Below are positions 24,027-32,758 of a DNA stretch of 64,000 nt, one piece after another (position 1 is the stretch's first letter; each line of letters opens with the position of its first letter). Both the position numbers and the translations under genes were made by a program. The DNA lies in assembly GCA_010093995.1 (NCBI GenBank), contig ML992505.1, positions 1,319,147 to 1,383,146 on the forward strand, in the 5' to 3' direction. The notes beneath the pieces are model-generated. The model did no database searches and was not told where the DNA came from. It saw nothing but the letters and a program-made list of their open reading frames with translations. This DNA is from Elsinoe ampelina (Eukaryota).

Positions 24027-24766
24027 ATATCAGCAGGGGATGTCTCGCCGATTCGACAATCACGCCGAATAGAATGTCAGTCAGCCATGCAGCATTTGCC
24101 ATCTTCAGCTACGGGCGGCCACAATGGATATCAAGCCCTGCAATCAATGGCACAGAGCGAGCTTTGTGCAACACCGCCCATCCGCTTTGAGATGCAACGG
24201 TGTATGCACCACGATGGGGTATTCATGAGGGTAAGTCTCGCAGAGATCGATGCAGATTCGCGGTAGTTCGAAATTCGTCCGCTCATCAAATCGAGACATG
24301 GCTAAGTGTAGAGGAGCGTTCCTCGGAGCATACATCCAATCGCACAGCTCAAGCCTGGCAGAAAGCGGCTCTGGGAAAGGCCCGAGAGAGCTACACGGGA
24401 TGCTATGCAGAGTAGGAGCACCATTCACATTCTCATTTGCCGACCAAAACGACCACTAACGCCTGGTAGTACAATTCGAATCAGAACTACCAGCTTCTCA
24501 ATTCCTTTCTGATCCACCCTTTCTTTCCCTCCTGGTAGTTTCTCACCATACACAATTCCACCTTCCACAGCGGCCCTTTAGTGCTGCAATTTGTCGACTT
24601 GCAGCCATCAGCTAGGCAATGCATGACATCTCGTGCAACCTCATCTCAGTGTCCATGCTCACACGTTTCTCTGCCACGTCCACAGCTCTCGTCTTTCCAA
24701 AGCCACGGCTTACCCTCCTTCGGGAAAATCTCATACTTCAAACGGACCCCTCGCAAAACCGACACC

Positions 24767-25318
24767 ATGCTCGGCCTGGGCCAAATGATCGCACTTATCT
24801 TGCTTCTGGTGTGGAAATGTATCGAAGTCAATCCTAGGCGCTCGAAGCGTCCACTTTATGCCTAATACATCAACAGCAAGAATGCTCTCAGCGCCCTCTT
24901 CTACCTTGTAAGCGTCACTTTCGCTCCGGACCTGTTTACAATTCTCACGGCAGCAGCCCCTCCAACCATCACCATGCTAAAGAAATTGCCCAGCCATTAT
25001 CTCAAAGTGTGGATTGTCTACATTATCATACTGGAGAAGAAAGGTCGCCGCTCCAAAGTCTACATCGGTTCTAGTACAGACTCCGCAATTAGTGGTCGCG
25101 CGAGGATGTAGCAATACGATAGAGGCACAAAGGATACCGCAGTACGAGACCTACCTGCCCACGTCAAACAAGCGCTCCTTGATGGATACGTCATCACACA
25201 TAAAGGTATTCTCCTCGAGGGACCAATCCCGGCACCCGAACACATCCCATATGTCCGACTCGTCTTCGTCGCCATGGAAGCGGCCCTCAGATCTGGCCGA
25301 AGTGCTGTACTCTCGTAA
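24767..25318 (+). pseudogene. GIY-YIG endonuclease, N-terminal fragment
   Basis: One frame with two internal stops (TAA 24863, TAG 25109): ..FAPDLFTILTAAAPPTITMLKKLP..VWIVYIIILEKKGRRSKVYIGSSTDSAISGRARM*QYD..LPAHVKQALLDGYVITHKGILLEGPIPAPEHIPYVRLVFVAMEAAL. Confidence 0.78.
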
Positions 25319-25629
25319 CGCTTTGAAGGCTGGTAGTACCTCCCGTACCGAAACTACCCCCTAAACGCGCCCCCCCCCCTCTTCTTGTCTGCTTTTCGCG
25401 CTTCGCTCCGCTGGTAGTACCACCCGAATGAAGACTACCACGACCTCACTAGCCCGTCTGGTAACCTTCTCCCCTTCTCCCAGGCTCCTAGTAGTACCAT
25501 TCAAATTAAAACTACCACTCCTTCACCGACCCCTCCTGGCTCTTTGCTCTCCTGCTTCCTCGTGGCAATACCATCCAGATTAAAACTACCACTTTCTACT
25601 GATCCTCCCCGATTCCTTTCCCTACTCTC

Positions 25630-25856
25630 ACCGGGCAGCACCTCGGGGTCCAGATAGCATCTCATCTCCTGGTTGTTCCTCATCCTCTAGTTGTATCTCA
25701 TCCTCTGGTAGTATCTTATCCCCTGCTAGTATCTTATGCCCGGGTAGTATTTCATCCTCTAGTAAGTATCTTAACCTTCAGCAGTATCTCTTTTTCTGGT
25801 AGTACCCCTTTTTCTAGTGTTACTTCTTTTTCCGGCAGTATTTCATCCTCTGGCAC
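25630..25856 (+). repeat. Degenerate 18-bp minisatellite, about 12 units, consensus near (C/T)CTGGTAGTATCTYATCC
   Basis: Example: tctggtagtatcttatcc cctgctagtatcttatgc ccgggtagtatttcatcc. One frame reads (P/S)GSI(L/S)S. Confidence 0.8.
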
Positions 25857-25869
25857 ACTAGGAACGAAC

Positions 25870-26711
25870 ATGGTTACCTACCATATTGCAGGATGCATCA
25901 AAGACCGGATCCAATGCAATGTAGATGCAGTCACACGATTGTCGACATGTTTCACAATTGATCTTCCCAACTTTCTTGATGTCTTCATGACTGAGCTCAC
26001 ATCTGAGCTACGCCTCATGGTGTACGGCTACACAGATCACCTCTGGTCAGAAGTAGAGATTGCTGCCCGCGTCGCCCAGAGAGATAGCTCTGGCCGACGC
26101 AGCTACAAACTCGACCTCACAGTCTTTAAACCATCGCCATTATTCTTGTCTCACCCCGCTGTTCGCCGCGACATGCCCATGTTCCTCTACAGCAACTCGA
26201 GCATTCGTGGACTTTCTACTTCACTAGTCCGATATGCGCCGTCGAAGATACCGACTAGTCGTCCATTCCAAACGAAGCGGAGCTCGACCAGACCCTCCTC
26301 TACCCGCTGTTCGACCCGCCGAAACCTCCAAGCATGGAGATATCCACCGACGAGAATCAATTTGTTCTATACTTCGACGACGGCGATGTGATTTGTGACA
26401 TCGAAAAGCTCGACTTCAGCTTTATATTGCCTATCACGCCTCTAACGATGCCTCCTGATATCTTGCCCCCACTCGGCGCCCCTGATAGTATCCTATTCCC
26501 TGGTGATCTGCTATCGCCTGGCAGTATGTTGAGCACTGTTAGTGTCTCTACCCTGATAGTATCTCGAACCCTGGTAGTATCTCGAACCCTGGTAGTATCT
26601 CGAACCCTGGTAGTATCTCGCTCTAATAGTATTTCGTCCCCTGGTTTCGCCATTCCCTGGTGGTTTCTAGCCCTGGTAGTACCTCTACTCCCATACCTCA
26701 TCCTCTTATAA
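25870..26711 (+). pseudogene. Frameshifted orphan ORF inside the element, with an F-box-like motif and PGS-hexapeptide repeats
   Basis: ORF 25870-26391 contains ELTSELRLMVYGY (resembles the LPxELRxxIY start of fungal F-box/2EXR-like domains). It continues out of frame into 26334-26711 (PDSILF PGDLLS PGSMLS..). Confidence 0.4.
26480..26685 (+). repeat. 18-bp minisatellite CCCTGGTAGTATCTCGAA (4 near-perfect units at 26551-26622 plus degenerate flanks)
   Basis: Units start at 26551, 26569, 26587 and 26605. Confidence 0.92.
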
Positions 26712-27264
26712 TGTGTCTCACTCTTCCCGACCTCGCCGACTTAGTGCCCTCAACCGGGCCAAGGCCGAGATCTCACCTTCGTTGCCATGGAAGCCGCATC
26801 CAATTTCCCACTTTTGGCTATGCAATTCGAGAAGGATCATGGTGGTATGGCCGCACTTTGCCCATGGTCTCTCGACGACTTCGAGTACGACGGTCTTTGC
26901 TCACACAATGCCTTAAGCGATGACGTTGCCGGCGATTTCAACCTGACCGAACAAGAGTTGAAGGACAAGGGCTGAAGAGCTCAAAAGACGTCGGCAGGAA
27001 TACTTCAAAGAATGGCGTGCAGGACAACGTAGTACTAAGGCACACGCTCGGCGCAACGTAGAGTCGAATGCCTACCACAAACGCAAGTTTGCCGAAGACC
27101 TAGACGCAGCAAGGGAGAAGTTTCCTAGACAGCAGGCGAATACAGCCAAGAAAGCCAAAAAGGAGAACAAGCACTACTGTGCTGTCTGCGACATGTCATT
27201 CAACAGGGCAGCAGATCTGCGTAGACATTTAGGCAGAGAGACACACTTGAGCAAGCTGAGGTAG
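26711..27264 (+). pseudogene. GIY-YIG endonuclease C-terminal fragment + basic linker + C2H2 (jaz/matrin-type) zinc finger
   Basis: MCLTLPDLADLVP/fs/LTFVAMEAASNFPLLAMQ..MAALCPWSLDDFEYDGLCSHNALSD..FNLTEQEL/fs about 26970/AEELKRRRQEYFKEW..KENKHYCAVCDMSFNRAADLRRHLGRETHLSKLR* (C-x2-C-x12-H-x5-H). Confidence 0.72.
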
Positions 27265-28280
27265 ATGGGTAGTACAACGGGGCAAGTTAGTCATAGCATC
27301 GGGCAAAGCGTGAAGTATAGGGCTGCACACAGCTCTATGTGCAGCGTGAGGCGAAGCTGTGGTGGTAGCGTGAGGTGCAGCTTTTGGTCTGGCGCCGACT
27401 CCTCCGTGAAGTATGGAGGTGTGTGGCGCATAGACCGCAGCGATTCTCTGACGCTGATTTGGGTCTCTCCAGAGCATATATCGCATGCATATCACGCCTG
27501 TCTCATCTTTCGAGGGTGGCAATGCTTCGGTATGAGCTTGTCGTGTCGAGTCGTGTCGTGTGCAGATCGCGGACCGCCTTCCTACCCTGGGGTCGAGGAT
27601 TGACCATTTCCGCAAGTGTTTTTTGGACCGTATAAGTGATGTCCTGGTAGTTACTTTTGGCGAGCAGAGGACGGAGTCTTGTACAGGCATGACAGATGGC
27701 GCTGTAGTCCGTACCAGGATGACGGGGCCAAACTTGCGGTTGACTGACAAGCGCGGTCAGAGACGAGGAACAGTAGTCTGGAAGGGCCTCAGCAGGAGCC
27801 GAAGGATGCCACTGTCGATCGCTTGACGGCGAGGAATCCTTCCCGCAAGAGTCCTTGCCGTCGCCATTCGGCATAGGGCTGACCAAGTTTTATGCACCCG
27901 CGTGCGTTCATCCGGACACTCCTGCACAGAGGGAGACTGTTCATCCTGTGCATATACCGTCGATCTTTCCACTGTAGAGATAATGCATAACGCATGGTTA
28001 AAGGTAGATTCTTCAGACCGTTGGAAGGTTGTTGAACTTCTCCTCGGCATCTTCGGCCTTTCACCGTCTTAGCCACAAAGTGATCGGCGGGACAGTGTAG
28101 GTTTGGAGCCCTCACGGCATTACTTCGTAGGTTGGCTCGCTATCGTCTTTTGTCAGCAGTGACTTTGGCCTCATGGTATTCACGTTTCCCTACCAATCGA
28201 CTTGACTAACCCGGTGGTGACCATGGTCATGGGCATGGGCTTGTGAAGCGTCCGGCTTACACTGCCCGACCGCACCAGGT

Positions 28281-28316
28281 CAGTCACTGTGCCAGTCACT
28301 GTGCCAGTCACTGTGC
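28281..28316. repeat. 12-bp tandem repeat CAGTCACTGTGC x3
   Basis: Three exact copies, about 50 bp upstream of ATG 28365. Confidence 0.9.
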
Positions 28317-28364
28317 CCGTATGGGCAACTAGCCTCACTTCACCGGGATAGCACAACTACCGAT

Positions 28365-30047
28365 ATGGCGCCAAATCCAGGTTTCGTCTTTGTATCATGT
28401 ACCGGACAGGATCACAAAGGCGACAAGAAGTTGATGCCCAGACTCCGCCAACATGTCATGCTTCATCATTTACGAGCAAAACATGACGAGCGACGCCGGA
28501 GTTCAGTAGCGACACTTGCAACATCTTCATCGAGCAGGTCTAGCGATAGCAACGAGGACGAGTCACCGCATGCATCGTCCTACGCCGACCACGCCGCTCA
28601 GCTTGTCAGGAAATCAAAGTCAACACAAGCATATCAGTCCTTCGGTACCGCACCAGTACAGGAAGAGACACTGGCAGTGATTCCTCTTCACCATGACCAA
28701 GCCACGACTCCACTGGGTGTATCCTTTGACCCGTTCGATGCCTTGCCTGTCAAGGGGATCGCCGACATGGGAGACATCTTTCACTGGTTCTACTCTGGTC
28801 AGTCAGATCCTGGTACTCACCAATGGCGCAACTCGACACGATACCACTGGCTGGACAAGCATTGGGAGTTGACTCGACAATCGCCAGTAATGTTCAACTT
28901 TAGTCTTTGCTTTGCTCTCGAGAAGAAAAGTATCATCACTCGAGCTTCACAAGCATCTCGCATATTCCAATACAGGTCAAGCGTACTAGCTGCCCTCCAA
29001 GCCGATCTGGCCAACAATCCTACCAGGTTACCTGGCCAGACAGTCGCTACTATGGCTGGTCTGGCGTACATCGCCCTGCGAGATGGCGAAGTCGAAGTAG
29101 CAACTGCTCACATCCGAGCCATCTCCCTCCTCGCCCCCCTCGATCGCTATGAGATGCACATCTGGCTCTACGTCGTCTGGGTCGACTTCCGCCTCGCAGC
29201 CAGCACCTTCACCCTCCCCTACTTCACGCACTACATCCCACCCGAATGCGACGCCCCTCTCCCCTTCACCCCTACAGAGTTCGCCCACGCGGCCCACCTC
29301 GCTTCCCAAAACATCCTCACCTTCCCACACACCTGCCCCACCACCACGCAAGCCGCCCTCCTCCTCTTCCAGCGCCTGCACGAAGTCTGCCTCGCCGTCG
29401 ACAAAGAAGACACGGAACTCACCACCCTCTACGGCCACCTGTACGAAACAGAACACTCGCTCATCACCTTCTCCCACCGCGCCTGGAAAGCGGCCTCCTC
29501 GGCCCCCAACACAGTCACAAAAATCCTCCTCCTCGCAGCCCAACTCTCCTTCTGGACCAGCACCTTCTACGTCCTCCCCCAAGGCCGTCGATTCAACATC
29601 GACCTGCACTCGCGGCTACTCGAGCAATTCTCCCTCCTCACCCATCCCAATTCCCCTGACCCCAAGAATCGGTCCCCTCCCTCCCTCTTGTACCCATCTC
29701 CATCCTCCCTCTCGCCCCATTCCCCACCATCTTCTCTCCCTGACGCATGGGCATCAACGGCGGCCCTCCCGTCTCTGCTATGGGTCCTCTTCATCTCCAC
29801 CGCCTCGGCCAAAGAGTTCGACACCTCCCGTCTGCCCTCGTTCGTGGAACTGCTCAAGCTCACGGCGGCGGCGATGGGGTGTAAAACGAGGGAGGACTTT
29901 GAAGGGGAGTTGAGGCGGTTTCCGTGGACGAGGCATGGGTGTGAGAGGATGGTGGGGGTGGTGTGGGGGGAGGTTAGTGGGATGCTGGTGAGGGGTGGGG
30001 AGAGGGAGGGGCAGGTGTTTTGGATTGAGGAGATGGGGGTGAGGTAG
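28365..30047 (+). CDS. Fungal-specific transcription-factor-domain protein (no Zn2Cys6 cluster)
   Basis: N-terminal FVFVS..RLRQHVMLHH and SFDPFDALP motifs; helical middle region (YRSSVLAALQADL..GEVEVATAHIRAI); C-terminal LLWVLFI..FEGELRRFPW. Confidence 0.7.
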   Translation: MAPNPGFVFVSCTGQDHKGDKKLMPRLRQHVMLHHLRAKHDERRRSSVATLATSSSSRSSDSNEDESPHASSYADHAAQLVRKSKSTQAYQSFGTAPVQEETLAVIPLHHDQATTPLGVSFDPFDALPVKGIADMGDIFHWFYSGQSDPGTHQWRNSTRYHWLDKHWELTRQSPVMFNFSLCFALEKKSIITRASQASRIFQYRSSVLAALQADLANNPTRLPGQTVATMAGLAYIALRDGEVEVATAHIRAISLLAPLDRYEMHIWLYVVWVDFRLAASTFTLPYFTHYIPPECDAPLPFTPTEFAHAAHLASQNILTFPHTCPTTTQAALLLFQRLHEVCLAVDKEDTELTTLYGHLYETEHSLITFSHRAWKAASSAPNTVTKILLLAAQLSFWTSTFYVLPQGRRFNIDLHSRLLEQFSLLTHPNSPDPKNRSPPSLLYPSPSSLSPHSPPSSLPDAWASTAALPSLLWVLFISTASAKEFDTSRLPSFVELLKLTAAAMGCKTREDFEGELRRFPWTRHGCERMVGVVWGEVSGMLVRGGEREGQVFWIEEMGVR

Positions 30048-30458
30048 GGATGAGGACTGAGGATTGGGGATTGAGGGAGAAGGAAGACGGGGGAGGGGAG
30101 GAGGGAGGGGAAGGGGGAGGCATGGAGGTGGTAGGATGGACTGAAGGGGATAGAGATTGGAGGAGAGAATGGGAGCAGGAGAAATGGCCGGGTTGAGGAG
30201 GAATCTAGAAGGGGATGAGAGGGACGGTAATCAACTACCACGATCGTTTAGCGAAGGCGTTGTAAAGGAGCGAAAGTCGATCCAGCATAGAATTAATACA
30301 CACATTTTAGACCTACCAGACTGTCCTTCGAAGGTATGACATGCATGAGAAACTCAACGCTGCATTCAGCACATGGCATCTATCCTATCTATCTCCCGAT
30401 CTCTCCCTCCCTTTGCCCTCCCTCCTCACCTCCACATATCCAATCTTCTCACGTTCCC

Positions 30459-32511
30459 CTAATCATTAACCTTCCTCCCCTGCTCACTCCGACTCTTACT
30501 CCTCAAATACTCCTCCACCTGCTCATCCCTCGCCCTCTCCACCTCCTCATCACCCTCCACCCCGACCCTCTTGCCCCCCTGCCCATCCACCCCCGACCCC
30601 TCATTCCCCACCCCCAACTCCCCCCCCTCCCCTTGCCCCGAAGCATCCCTCTCCCCCGCCCCAGCAACCGGCACGTCTTTATCCCCGTGATCGATCCCCA
30701 CGGCACCAATCACCGTCTCCGCCACAGTGGAAACAGTCGCTTTCACCTGCGCCACTATCCCCGGCCCCCCAGGCACCTCTTCCTGCGGCGGCAGGGGGTG
30801 TTCTTTCGGCGCCTGAGACACGGTCTTGGGCTCCATGACGCCGTGCTGGTCGCCGTGTTCGTCGCGGCGCACGTCGGGCGTCGAGGCTTCCAGTTGGCCG
30901 TGGCCGTGCGTGGAGGACTGTTGCTCGAAGCGGGTGGAGGAGGTCCCGGTGCGGACCGTGTCGGTGGTGTCGTCGCGGGATTTGTCGTCGGAGGGCGCGG
31001 AGGTGGGGCCGTTGGAGGCGGGGCCGGGGGACTGGCGGTAGGGGATGGGTGTGGAGGAGAGGCGCGAGTCGGGGGCGCCGGCGCTGGTTTGGGCTGGGGT
31101 GCCGCGGACGGAGGAGGCGGGGGTGGTGGTGCCGGAGGGGGGTTGGGAGAGGTCGACTTCGCCTGGGGGTGGAGTTGGTGGGTGGGTATCTCTTGCGCTG
31201 GGGAGACGAGGGAGGGGTCCTGAGGGTGGTGTGCTTGGTCGTTGGGTTTTGGATATTTGAGATGGATCAGGTGGAAGGTTGACAATGGAGGCTACTTCGA
31301 CTGAACGGGGCTTGCCGTCGACAGTGCCCACTGCTGTGGCGGTCATGGCGCCTGTTGTAGGCGAGATGCCCCATCGAATAGGACCTGTTGGAAATGTGTT
31401 TCTGTTCTTGTCTGTACTTGGGTTGATCCACTTCAAATTGGAGTCGATTCCTGGCTCCACGTTTGGCAGGTCACCGAACTCGAACTCAAGCTCGCCTCCA
31501 TACTTCTTCGGGATGTTTGCCCGGTCAATGAATTCCTCCAGAGTGGCAAGTGTCGTCGCTTTGGAGAGGATGAAGATCTTGGAGACAGTGATCGGATCAA
31601 ACCACCTCTTGATCCAACCCCATACCGTAGGAAAGAAAGCCGGGGCGCCAATGACAAAGATCCTGTCTAGCGTCTCTGGGTAATACGCCGTCGCTAATTG
31701 AGATGCGTCTTGCATGTGGTTCTTCAAATTCCAGAATTGCTTCAAGCTGACATTCGAGATATCGACAATATTGCTGGACTGGGATACCGGTGTCTCTGGG
31801 TATTTTCTCTCGGGCATATAAGAGCACAGAGGAAGGGCAAAGTTGCACAGGTTCTCATAAAGAGCGAAAAGTCTCAGCATCTTTGGAGGCAACTTTGACT
31901 CCACCTCACCAGGTTTGTGGCTGGCACTCTCGTATGCGGCGACTGCTTTCGATGTGAGACCTGCGACCTCGAAGACGTACAGCGGTATGCCGCGCTTATC
32001 CCTTCGTCCAGTCCATTGCGGGTACTACGATCATTCAGCGATTGTTCCACAAGTACGGGATTCAGTCACCCACCAGTCGTCGGCCATTGTCATACTCATG
32101 CACATCAATGCGGTCGTAGAGCTTGTCGATTTGATTGTCTTTGCGCCAATTCTCTGTATCCTTGAACTGTGTCCACGCTTCTTGTACGTTGTACTTCCTC
32201 GCTCTCAGGTACCGCCTAGTAATGTCAGACCATGCTTAGGACAAATGACAGTCTTCGTACAGCATAGTCTCATCATCATGGCTGGCTGGGGTTGTTCCAT
32301 CGGCGGGTTTGTAGTAGCCCTTCTCCTTGCAGAATTCCTTGAACTTTGCCAGAGCCTCTTCATGTTGCGGTTTCAGATGTCCAATATGCTCGGTAGGGTA
32401 CTGTGGGAGTAGTGTCAGTCATATAGATCAAACAAGCAATGTCCCGGCGAGGGGCTTGGAGGGGCTCACGGCCAAAGCCTCAGAGGCTTGTATATCCTCT
32501 TTCGTAGCCAT
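30459..32511 (-). CDS. CRAL-TRIO (Sec14-like) lipid-binding protein (multi-exon)
   Basis: MATKEDIQASEALA|YPTEHIGHLKPQHEEALAKFK..HDDETML|RYL..; NIVDISNVSLKQFW..ATAYYPETLDRIFVIGAPAFFPTVWGWIKRWFDPITVSKIFIL..NIPKKYGG. Confidence 0.9.
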
Positions 32512-32758
32512 TGGCAATCGATACTGGCAGGGGTATCTTCAACAAAGAATCCACATGCGAGTAGCAAGTCGCAAACTCCGCTACACCGCAAAGGCCTTGC
32601 TTGGGGTGCCGTGTCTACACGCGGCTATGTGTGGAAGCTTTGTGGTGATGTCAGTCATCTTCCCGCTTGCGGCTGAAGTCTTCGGTCCGCTGCAGGTCAT
32701 CACGCTGGTCAACAGGGCCAACTCGGCTATGATCATGATATTCAATGCTTTTCAGCCC

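Larger units (their letters stand above)
24460..27655. mobile_element. Putative decayed GIY-YIG/zinc-finger element with CTGGTAGT repeats (boundaries approximate)
   Basis: Two pseudogenised nuclease fragments, two 18-bp arrays, and CTGGTAGT motifs at 24463, 24485 (rev), 24532, 25330, 25411 and about 27644. It sits between ordinary intact genes. No transposase or RT seen. Confidence 0.5.

Noticed and set aside
26551..26622. CRISPR-like array
   Set aside because: The units are head-to-tail with no unique spacers, the context is eukaryotic and there are no cas genes; this is a minisatellite.
24767..27264. Penelope-like retroelement, or mitochondrial group I intron/NUMT, as the source of the GIY-YIG
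   Set aside because: No RT motifs, no convincing hammerhead core, no flanking mitochondrial or rRNA exon, and the composition is not AT-rich. A truncated relic cannot be fully excluded.
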